Assembly (NCBI GenBank): GCA_032128375.1
Contig: JAQBGU010000168.1
Coordinates: 1 to 17,979, forward strand
Reading direction: 5' to 3'
Origin: Deltaproteobacteria bacterium
GTDB lineage: Bacteria; Myxococcota_A; UBA9160; SMWR01
Length of the DNA stretch: 17,979 bases
Part shown: positions 6,638-14,464 of the stretch, one piece after another
How the letters are laid out: each line of letters starts with the position of its first letter
Numbering within the stretch: position 1 is the first letter of the stretch
Made by a program: the position numbers and the translations under genes
Notes under the pieces: model-generated
What the model was told of the DNA's origin: nothing
Seen by the model: only the letters and a program-made list of their open reading frames with translations
Databases searched by the model: none

Positions 6638-9307
6638 CTACCCCGGTTCGGGCACACGGGGCAGCAGTCTCTCGAGGTGAGGGATGACCTCCGCAAGAGA
6701 TTCGTAGGCGTAGAAGGGCGCGCCGCGAGATTCGAGTTCGGTGGCAAGAGAGTCCTTCGCGAAAGCGATGTCGGCCGCCAGAGCTCCACAGGTATCAGAA
6801 ACCCGGCCGTTTCCGATGTGGACCGTCGTCACGCCCGGCGATCGCCCCCGCATCGCGTCGATCTGGGCTCGTTTGCAGATCCCGGTACCGCAGCCGCATT
6901 CGGGATTCGGAGCCCCGGCGCGAATTCGCCAGGTTCCCGCGTCGTAGTGCAGGTGATTCGCAATGTACGCGAAGCGAACCCCGTGAATCGCCTGGAGTCG
7001 ATTGAGGTTGTAGTCGAACCCATCGGACAACACGCGAAACGGCACCCCGCGGTCGCGGCACCAGTCGACCAGTTGAATGGCGCCCGGGTTCAGTTCGACG
7101 CTGGCGAGAAACGCGTCGGCAGTCGGGAGCGAAACTCGCAACCCGTCCAGCACCTCCATGTTGTAGTCCCAGGCGGTGATCTCACCGCGCGCATAGCGCT
7201 CCCAGACCTCGGGACGGCGGATTCCCGCGTGCGCGATGGCCAGGCTGGACCCTACATCCTGCACCGAAAACGTTCCGTCGAAGTCGCAGAAGACCGCCAG
7301 CGAAAATTCGCGCCGTTCGTAGAGCAGCGCGCTGGCTCTGGCGGACAACTCGATCGTTGTGTCGCCGAGTCTCGACGACGAACCCAACAGCATTTCGACT
7401 GACTCCGGCATCTCGATCTCAAAGCTTCGAATCGCATCGCTCGGATTGACCAGCGCCCGGTAATCGGCGTCGGGGCCAGCGACGACGATTTCGCGTGCGA
7501 TCTCATTCGCCAGCAACTGCGGAACCTGCGCCAGCCCCGGAACACCCAGTCCGTCAACGGTTCGAGCGATCGCCAGCGTGTGGCGAATCAATCCGCGGTC
7601 ATCACGCGACAGTGTCGGTATGTCATCGGAGAAAACGAGCATGCCCCCCGTGATGCCTATCGCGGTCGCCAACGTCTCGCGCTCGTCGCGTGACAGCCCC
7701 GTATCCGAGCTGCGCGCCATCAGGCAATCGGGATCGTTGAGCCACAAGCGTCGATGCATCCACGCACGTGCCAACGTGCTGCGCACAGCCGATCGCGTCG
7801 ACGGGATCGCCGCCTCGATTCCCGGGATCGCGTGCTCCGGCCGCGCCTCCCAGTAGGGTGCTACATCCGGGCCGATCCGCATCCCATCGACAATCCCGAC
7901 CGCTGCCCCCAGCGGACATCCGCACCCCAGCAAAAAGGCCTCCGGCCCCGCGCCTTCGCGAATCGCTTGCATTCCGTGGCGCAATCGCCGCGCGCGACTC
8001 ACGCTCGGGTCCGCACTCGAACACTGCATCGCTGCGGTGTATAAGAAATCGAGTTTCAAGTAGTGAAACCCCAGGCCGACCAGCTCGGCAAATACACTCT
8101 CGAGATGATCGAGTACATCGCGCCGCGTCGTATCGAGCACATGTACCGAAGCGTTCAGTGACCAGGTCGGGTGCAATAGCCCCCTGAACAGACCATCAGC
8201 GTCCCGCAACAACCACTCCGGATGCTCACCAAACAGGGCGCTCTCGGGGACTACACAGAACGGAGCCGTCCACAGACCAGCGGTGAAACCGGCCGCACGA
8301 ATGTCAGCCGCCAGCGGTGCCAGACCGCGCGGGAATTTCTCGTTGGTCTCGAGCCAGTCGCCGATCTGGCGCTGGTAGCCATCGTCGATCTGCACGATAT
8401 CGACAGGCAGTTCGTCTCGCGCGGCGGCGAGCGCATCGAGGTTGCGCAGCACATCGTCCTCGCTCACTTGGGAGAAGAAGTGATACCAACTGCACCAACC
8501 TGCCAGGAATGGATGCGCGGTGCGCGCGCTGGCGATCCGACCCAATTCTTCCGCGTACGCCTCCAACAATTGCGTTGCATTTTCGCCGAGCGATATCCAG
8601 ATGCGCTCGAGCTCTCGTTCCTCGTTCGGTTCGAGCACTGCATCGAGTCGCAACTCGACCTCCGCGAATACCTGGTCACCTTGCTGTTTCAGATACACCA
8701 CGCCGAAGCTGTCACCGCGCTCGAGCACGCCCACGCAGAAAACGGGGCCGGATGGCGAGGCGCCGACTGCAGTGACCATGTCCGATTCCCACCAGCCGCT
8801 CCGGTCCGCCGGTGTGTCACCCACCGCGTGGTGCATCCCGCGCAACCAGGGACCCGAAGGAAAAGCACGCTCTCCCTCCGGACCGAGAGGACACGCACCG
8901 GTATACGACCACGACTGCCAGCCGTGGCGCAAGAAACGGTGGGAGACGACGCCGTGCCGCGTCCAAGCGAACCCGACGATGACAGACCCGAGTTCGAGTC
9001 GGCGGTCGCAGCCGTTGCGAACACGGACACGGGCTTGTGCGTGTCCCGCCGGGTGTGCGGCTGCTTCGAGTTGTGTCGTCAGCTCGATCGGCCCGACGTT
9101 ACGGGTGCCGTTACCAAGCCGGTCCGCGTCAAATACGAGCCAGTCGGCTCCCGTCTGAGCTTCGCTGGTTTCCGAATGAATTTTCGAGACCGATTCAGGG
9201 ACAGTTGCTGTGGAAGCGTCGCGAACCTCGCGGAGTCGAACTGCGAGACGACGCGGCTCGACCCGTCCCGCGCTGGGATGGGTCAGGAAAACGGGCGAAC
9301 GCGACAT
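6638..9307 (-). CDS. GH36 alpha-galactosidase-like glycosidase fused to a C-terminal MtnX-like HAD-IB phosphatase, about 889 aa
   Basis: GH36 motifs GWCSWY, VQIDDGYQ, KFPRGL..GLWTAPF, GFHYLKLDF (nucleophile Asp), LGCG, MRIGPDV (acid/base Asp), NDPDCL. HAD domain about 7306-6638: VFCDFDGT, VLSDGF, CGCGTGICK, HIGNGRVSD..AADIAFAK. Start uncertain; ATG 9307 chosen because the upstream extension looks non-coding. Confidence 0.88.
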   Translation of the reverse strand: MSRSPVFLTHPSAGRVEPRRLAVRLREVRDASTATVPESVSKIHSETSEAQTGADWLVFDADRLGNGTRNVGPIELTTQLEAAAHPAGHAQARVRVRNGCDRRLELGSVIVGFAWTRHGVVSHRFLRHGWQSWSYTGACPLGPEGERAFPSGPWLRGMHHAVGDTPADRSGWWESDMVTAVGASPSGPVFCVGVLERGDSFGVVYLKQQGDQVFAEVELRLDAVLEPNEERELERIWISLGENATQLLEAYAEELGRIASARTAHPFLAGWCSWYHFFSQVSEDDVLRNLDALAAARDELPVDIVQIDDGYQRQIGDWLETNEKFPRGLAPLAADIRAAGFTAGLWTAPFCVVPESALFGEHPEWLLRDADGLFRGLLHPTWSLNASVHVLDTTRRDVLDHLESVFAELVGLGFHYLKLDFLYTAAMQCSSADPSVSRARRLRHGMQAIREGAGPEAFLLGCGCPLGAAVGIVDGMRIGPDVAPYWEARPEHAIPGIEAAIPSTRSAVRSTLARAWMHRRLWLNDPDCLMARSSDTGLSRDERETLATAIGITGGMLVFSDDIPTLSRDDRGLIRHTLAIARTVDGLGVPGLAQVPQLLANEIAREIVVAGPDADYRALVNPSDAIRSFEIEMPESVEMLLGSSSRLGDTTIELSARASALLYERREFSLAVFCDFDGTFSVQDVGSSLAIAHAGIRRPEVWERYARGEITAWDYNMEVLDGLRVSLPTADAFLASVELNPGAIQLVDWCRDRGVPFRVLSDGFDYNLNRLQAIHGVRFAYIANHLHYDAGTWRIRAGAPNPECGCGTGICKRAQIDAMRGRSPGVTTVHIGNGRVSDTCGALAADIAFAKDSLATELESRGAPFYAYESLAEVIPHLERLLPRVPEPG

Positions 9308-9482
9308 GCGCGCAATAGTACCCCGACAATCCGGGGGCAGTTCTCTGTTGTGAGCTTGACTCGGCGGTCTGCGCAGAAAGCCGCAGCGTGTTACTCCGAC
9401 TACACAAATTGCGTCACTTGCGGCGCCTGAACTGCACACGAATTGCCGCCAAATCCAGATGCGTGTGACGAAGACCACAGAT

Positions 9483-9495
9483 ATTCAAGGAGTTA
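9483..9495 (+). promoter_or_regulatory. IHF-like binding site
   Basis: ATTCAAGGAGTTA versus consensus WATCAANNNNTTR (one mismatch), ending 25 nt upstream of the sigma54 motif, the usual position at sigma54 promoters. Confidence 0.55.
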
Positions 9496-9520
9496 GCGGA
9501 TTCCGCGCTTCCTCGACGAA

Positions 9521-9537
9521 CTGGCACAAAGCTTGCT
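9521..9537 (+). promoter_or_regulatory. Sigma54 (RpoN) -24/-12 promoter
   Basis: CTGGCACAAAGCTTGCT: TGGCAC-N5-TTGC with exact GG-N10-GC spacing, in an intergenic region. Predicted +1 near 9548. Confidence 0.85.
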
Positions 9538-9547
9538 CTAGCAACAC

Positions 9548-9636
9548 GGTAAGCGCAGACCGGAGTTCTTGCGCCCGGGTCGACAACCCCTCCCGCTGCA
9601 CATTGTGTGGCGTGTCGGCCCGGGCGTATTCCTTTC
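9548..9636 (+). ncRNA. Candidate sigma54-dependent small RNA, or first domain of a structured leader
   Basis: Starts at the predicted +1. 16-bp stem 9570-9585/9613-9628 (2 G-U), 8-nt bulge ACCCCUCC, 8-bp upper stem 9594-9601/9605-9612, then pyrimidine tail UUCCUUUC. No credible ORF. Not recognised as a known family. Confidence 0.5.
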
Positions 9637-9765
9637 GACCGCCAAGTTTCCGCTGCCGCCCGAGTCGAGCCACGCGGCAATCTGAAGAACACTTGGCAAG
9701 AGCGCCCGCTCTGATGAACGCACCCAGGTGAAGAATTTCGAAGACTTTCGTCCTAGTCTCCGCGC

Positions 9766-11757
9766 ATGCCCAGCTCCAGCAGAGGCCAGAGCCCGAATTC
9801 CCTGCCTGCACTGGTTCCGGTCCCGAAACACATTCACAGCCATCCCGGCTCGTTCCGGCTTCGGCCGACGGTTCCCATCGTGCTCTCGCCCGGCGCGGAT
9901 GATGCTGATTTCACGACCGCCGTGGCGCTGCGCGACGGCATCGCGACGCGTTGCGGGCTGGCAATTCCGATCGAAGCCCACAGCCGTACAAACAACCTCG
10001 GAGCCCGCATCGAACTTCAACGCGAATCGCGAAAACCGCCCGATGACTTACACGGCGACGACTATCACCTGAGGGTGGAAGCCGATCGCGTCACACTCGT
10101 CGGTAGCGGCCCGGCTGGGTTGCGCTACGCGGTCGAAAGCCTGCTGCAGTTGATCGGATCGAATGCGCGCATCCCCGCCTGTGCGATCGACGACAGCCCC
10201 GACTTCAAGTTGCGCGGCGTGATGCTGGACGTCTCTCGTGGCAAGGTCCCGACGCTCACGACACTGAAGAAGCTGGTCGACGTTTGCGTGCGACTCAAGC
10301 TCAACGTGCTGATGCTCTACATCGAGCACACTTTCAAGTTTCGGAGGCACCCCGAAATCGGACGGGATGCCTCGCCGCTCGATGCCCAGACCCTTCGCGA
10401 ACTCGACAGCTACGCGGCCGCTCACCACGTGGAGTTGATTCCCTCGCTGCAGAGCCTCGGGCACATGGAGCACATCTTGAAACTCCCGGCCTATGCAGGC
10501 TTGGCGGAAACCAATCTGCGCTGGACGATCTCGCCCGCAGAGCCGGCGACTTACAGCCTGCTCGACGACATGTTTAGCGAATTTCTGCCTCTGTTTCGGT
10601 CGCATTGGTTCAACGCGAACTGTGACGAGCCCTTCGATCTCGAGGCCGGCAAGTCAGCGCAGCGCGGTGCGCAACTGGGCCCAGGAGGCGTCTATCTCGA
10701 ACACGTGCATCGGGTGCGAGACCTCGCAAAGAAGCACGGGAAGCGAACCATGATCTGGGGGGACGTCGTCCACGCACGTCCAGAACGCATCGCCGAGATC
10801 GACCGCGACCTGGTACTGCTCGATTGGTGGTACGAAGCGGACTTCGATTTCGATCGAGTGAGGCGCTTCACCGACAACCAGATCGAGTTCGCGGTCTGTC
10901 CAGGTACTTCCAGCTGGAACTGCCTGTTCCCCCGAATCAACAACAGCCTCGAGAACATCGCCCGCTACAGCGAGGCTGGTAGGCGCCACGGTGCGTTGGG
11001 CCTGATCGTGACCGATTGGGGAGATTTCGGGCACTACAACCTTCAGGGCGGCTCATGGTTCGGATATGCTTGGGCCGCTCAACACGCGTGGTCGGGGGCC
11101 GCCTCGCCCCGCGACTTCGACCGAGCGTTTTCCAATGCGCTGTTCGGCGACCGCACGGGCACGATCGCGCGCTGCTATCGCGAAATCGGTGCGGTTCACG
11201 ATGCAGGTTTCCGCGTCTTCAACGCCTCCGCGCTGCAGTTTCTGTACTTCGATGATCTCGAACGTGGCTACTTCATCGATGGGGCGAAACCTGCGGACCT
11301 TCGACGTAGTTCGAGGAAACTCGAACAGGCGTCATCGAGGCTCGATTCGGCCCGCAAGAAATTTTCAGACGATGATTTGACCTGGCGCGAAATCCGCCTC
11401 GCGGTCGACGAGAGTCTCCTCGCAATTCGCAAGGGACAGCTCGGCGGCGACTACCTCGGCTGGCGGCGGCAGCCCCGCCGGTTGGGCAGCCCCGAACGAC
11501 GTCGGTTGGCCGCGGGGCTGACGCTGTGCGCAAAACAGCAAGCCGCGCTCGGGCGCCAGTTGCGTGCGCTTTGGCTCGAGAGAAGCGAACCCTCGAATTT
11601 CGAGCTGACCGGTCGCAGGCTGCAGCGCTCCGTCCGTAGCCTGCGGCGTGCCGCACGCGCGCTCGAAGCGAATCGTCCCCCGGCAGCACCCGAAGCACAT
11701 CCGGGTTTTGGGGGAGCGGCAGTCTTTGCAGCGCTTCGGGAATTGGCTGCTTCCTGA
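9766..11757 (+). CDS. Glycoside hydrolase family 20 (beta-N-acetylhexosaminidase-like), probably cytoplasmic
   Basis: N-terminal GH20b domain (LVPVPK..YHLRV..GLRYAVESLLQL), IDDSPDFKLRGVMLDVSRG, YIEHTF, IPSLQSLGHME, catalytic Asp-Glu pair in FNANCDE, MIWGD, WWYE, TDWGDFGH. No signal peptide seen. Confidence 0.92.
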   Translation: MPSSSRGQSPNSLPALVPVPKHIHSHPGSFRLRPTVPIVLSPGADDADFTTAVALRDGIATRCGLAIPIEAHSRTNNLGARIELQRESRKPPDDLHGDDYHLRVEADRVTLVGSGPAGLRYAVESLLQLIGSNARIPACAIDDSPDFKLRGVMLDVSRGKVPTLTTLKKLVDVCVRLKLNVLMLYIEHTFKFRRHPEIGRDASPLDAQTLRELDSYAAAHHVELIPSLQSLGHMEHILKLPAYAGLAETNLRWTISPAEPATYSLLDDMFSEFLPLFRSHWFNANCDEPFDLEAGKSAQRGAQLGPGGVYLEHVHRVRDLAKKHGKRTMIWGDVVHARPERIAEIDRDLVLLDWWYEADFDFDRVRRFTDNQIEFAVCPGTSSWNCLFPRINNSLENIARYSEAGRRHGALGLIVTDWGDFGHYNLQGGSWFGYAWAAQHAWSGAASPRDFDRAFSNALFGDRTGTIARCYREIGAVHDAGFRVFNASALQFLYFDDLERGYFIDGAKPADLRRSSRKLEQASSRLDSARKKFSDDDLTWREIRLAVDESLLAIRKGQLGGDYLGWRRQPRRLGSPERRRLAAGLTLCAKQQAALGRQLRALWLERSEPSNFELTGRRLQRSVRSLRRAARALEANRPPAAPEAHPGFGGAAVFAALRELAAS

Positions 11758-11761
11758 TCGG

Positions 11762-13030
11762 TCATATGCCCGATCGCCGGCGCGGCTCATCGACTCCGAA
11801 CGCGACGACCAATAGCGCTGCAACCTGGAATGCAATCGCAATCCAGAACAGCGCTGTATAGCCGAAAGCCACGCTCAAGATTCCACCCAGCACCGCGCCG
11901 ATCGCGCCCACCAATTCCGAAGCGGAACTCGCGACAGCGATCCGCATCGGCAGGTTCTCGCGCGAACCGAACTCCAGTACCAGGTTTTGCGCCGACATCT
12001 GAAACCCGCCCATGCCCAAGCCCAGACCGCCGAAGACCAGCATCAACTCCGCGTTGGTCGTCGCCTCCATCAACACGATCACTGCGAGCACCCACAAACT
12101 CAGCGACGCCAGGAACACGGCCCGAAAGCCGCTGCGATCCGCTGCGGCGCCCCAGAAAAGATTTCCCAAACCCTGCAATCCGATGAACGCAGCACTGAGG
12201 CTGCCGAGCCGCGCTCCGGTGACTTCGATTCGAGTCTGCGCGAACAGCACATAGAATGGCACCGCCATGCGCCCGATCGTCGCGAGCGCACGTGCCATGA
12301 AGTAGCGCGTGAAGGCACGGTCCGAACGCAACAGAGTGGGAAGTTCGCGCAGCCGAACGCTCAGCTTCGAGGCCACTTTCACCTGCGGCGATTCGGGTTC
12401 GCGAACAAAGAGAAGCATCCCGAGGCCGACACTCGTCAGCGCAAACGCGAGCAGGAATGTGGCCGCGTACCCGTTCCCCAATACGTTTGGCGCCACCAAT
12501 TCGTTGCCGGCATACCACGCCACGGCACTCGCTGTCAGGCTCGCCAACGCATTGCGCAGGCCCATCAGGCGACCGCGGAGTCTGACGGGGATCACTTTCG
12601 ACACGAGGAAATTGAAGATCACACCCTGCACACCGAGGAAGAGACCGAAGCCACCCAGACATATCAGCGCGGTGATCAGCGGCCACGGGTCGGGCAACAG
12701 CAATCCACCTAGCGCCAACCCAAGGATCGCGACGCGCATCAGGCCACCCATCAGAAACCCGAGCGGCAGAACACGGCGGCGACTCTCGATCCAAGTGGCG
12801 CCCAGGATCGGCGACAGGAACATCCCGAAGTATTGGAGACCGCGAGCGATACCAACGACCGCATCGCTTCCGGCCAACAGCGCGACATAGCTGGGCAGAA
12901 AGGTCGGGGCGTTGACAAGCCGCATCCCGGTCTGCCCAAGCAGGCCATGGCACAGGTGCGCGGCGTAGTTGCGCTTCAGATTGGCTTCGACCTTCTCATT
13001 GAACGCAGCCTCCGCGCTAGCTGCTGCCAT
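11762..13030 (-). CDS. MFS transporter
   Basis: 422 aa with about 12 hydrophobic segments in two halves, central loop VREP, motif-A-like WGAAADRSGFR, and IP..LRGRLMG. Overlaps the folC end by 14 nt. Confidence 0.9.
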   Translation of the reverse strand: MAAASAEAAFNEKVEANLKRNYAAHLCHGLLGQTGMRLVNAPTFLPSYVALLAGSDAVVGIARGLQYFGMFLSPILGATWIESRRRVLPLGFLMGGLMRVAILGLALGGLLLPDPWPLITALICLGGFGLFLGVQGVIFNFLVSKVIPVRLRGRLMGLRNALASLTASAVAWYAGNELVAPNVLGNGYAATFLLAFALTSVGLGMLLFVREPESPQVKVASKLSVRLRELPTLLRSDRAFTRYFMARALATIGRMAVPFYVLFAQTRIEVTGARLGSLSAAFIGLQGLGNLFWGAAADRSGFRAVFLASLSLWVLAVIVLMEATTNAELMLVFGGLGLGMGGFQMSAQNLVLEFGSRENLPMRIAVASSASELVGAIGAVLGGILSVAFGYTALFWIAIAFQVAALLVVAFGVDEPRRRSGI

Positions 13031-14402
13031 CGGGCCTCGCCCCGATTCTGTGAGAGACTACGCTGCGACCCTCCCCTGGCGCTTCAGTCAGGATCGTCCG
13101 AGCGATTCCCGTCAGATAAATCGACCCAGCGACACACAGCAGGTCATTCGACCCCAGGGATTCGCGCGCCGCGCGGATTGCCAAGTGCGGGTTCGGCACG
13201 ATCGATACCGCCAAGTTCGGGTCGATAGCGCGGATCGCGGCCGCCACTTCAGTCGGTGCCAGTGACCGGATTGGTTCTGCGCGCGTGACAGTCACGCTGT
13301 CGACTCCTGGAATCAGACTCCGCAATATTGCGTCATAAGCTTTGCCGACAGAAATGGATACCACCAGGTGCGCGCGGCTCCTCGGAATATCGCGAACTAC
13401 GGCGGCTAGCGCGGCGGCCGAAGCCGCGGTGTGCGCGGAGTCAACGATCAACCACGGCGAGCGGCACAGCAGCTCTACTCGTCCAGGCAAGCGCGTAGTC
13501 CGAAACCCCTCGCCTATCGCCGCATTGCTCATCGTCTTTGCCCGCCGTGCACAAGCCAGGGCAAGCGCAGCATTGTCGGCTTGGTGGCGACCGAGTGCTG
13601 GAATACGCTGATGGGTGTCAATGGGGCCATCGACCAGGCGCAGCAGCTGTCCGTCGAAGTCCGATGAGACGACCTCCACATCGAACTCGTGGCCCAGCCG
13701 CGCGAGTGGTGCGGCGAGCTCGAGAGCACGCTCGGCTACCACGTCAGCGGCCTCCTCGACAAGACGTCCCATCATGACCGGGACACCAGCCTTGACGATG
13801 CCCGCCTTTTCTGTGGCTATCTCGGCGAGGGTATCGCCCAGCTGTGCAGTATGTTCGAGTTCGATCGAGGTGATGCAACACAGCTTGGGAGACACCACGT
13901 TCGTCGAATCCAGCCGACCGCCGAGCCCGACCTCGAGCACCACCCAGTCGACAGCTGCGTCGCGAAACAGCAGCAGCGCGGTTGCCGTGGTCGCGTCGAA
14001 GAAAGTTGGCGCATGGTCCGGGTCGCTCTCACGCAGCGCGTCAACATGGGGTGCGACGCGATTTACCGCAGCCGCGAGTGTGTCGCCGTCAACCTCGACT
14101 CCATCGATCCGAAATCGCTCCGTCCAGCGCGACAGATGCGGCGACGTGAAAGTCCCGATGCGCTCTCCCGACGCTCGCAGCAGCGCTTCGGTGAACAGCG
14201 CGGTGGATCCCTTCCCCTTCGAACCTGCGATGTGAATGATCGATAGCGCCAGTTGTGGGTCGCCAAGACGAGCGGTCAATCGCCGAATCGGCTCCAGGTC
14301 GTAGCGTGCGTAGGGCACGCTGCGCTCCTTTTCCACGTTGAACAGACTCTCCAGATACGCACCCGCCTGTTCGACGGTTCGAATCTCGGGAGTTCGCTTC
14401 AC
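13017..14402 (-). CDS. folC: Folylpolyglutamate synthase / dihydrofolate synthase
   Basis: IHIAGSKGKGST P-loop, GTFTSPHL...ERF, PTFF, LEVGLGGRLDSTNV, LGDTL.EIA.EKAGI, LGRHQADNA, PGR, DSAHT, GSIYL. GTG start with GGGGA upstream. Confidence 0.95.
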   Translation of the reverse strand: MKRTPEIRTVEQAGAYLESLFNVEKERSVPYARYDLEPIRRLTARLGDPQLALSIIHIAGSKGKGSTALFTEALLRASGERIGTFTSPHLSRWTERFRIDGVEVDGDTLAAAVNRVAPHVDALRESDPDHAPTFFDATTATALLLFRDAAVDWVVLEVGLGGRLDSTNVVSPKLCCITSIELEHTAQLGDTLAEIATEKAGIVKAGVPVMMGRLVEEAADVVAERALELAAPLARLGHEFDVEVVSSDFDGQLLRLVDGPIDTHQRIPALGRHQADNAALALACARRAKTMSNAAIGEGFRTTRLPGRVELLCRSPWLIVDSAHTAASAAALAAVVRDIPRSRAHLVVSISVGKAYDAILRSLIPGVDSVTVTRAEPIRSLAPTEVAAAIRAIDPNLAVSIVPNPHLAIRAARESLGSNDLLCVAGSIYLTGIARTILTEAPGEGRSVVSHRIGARPDGSS

Positions 14403-14464
14403 GGGGCCATCCCCATTTTCACAAAAGACGTCACGAAAAGCGCGACAGAGGCGTCACAAAATGG

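Noticed and set aside
6380..9430. Long + strand ORFs 6380-7402 (340 aa) and 8222-9430 (402 aa)
   Set aside because: Antisense shadows of the well-supported GH36-HAD gene, with no recognisable motifs; expected in high-GC DNA.
9308..9478. 57-aa N-terminal extension of the GH36-HAD ORF
   Set aside because: Atypical Cys/Trp/Arg-rich composition, not a signal peptide, and it runs across the candidate promoter elements.
9699..9745. Hammerhead ribozyme suggested by CUGAUGA at 9711-9717
   Set aside because: No stem II directly after CUGAUGA closing onto GAAA (the sequence gives GAAG), and no consistent stem I/III with a UH cleavage site.
9414..10072. Short ORFs across the GH36/GH20 gap (9414-9692, 9459-9731, 9485-9811, 9538-10020, 9728-10072)
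   Set aside because: No recognisable motifs, and each crosses the sigma54 promoter or overlaps GH20.
11787..12953. 388-aa alternative-frame ORF inside the MFS gene
   Set aside because: Arg/Cys/Pro-rich off-frame translation with no motifs; stop-poor frames are common at this GC content.
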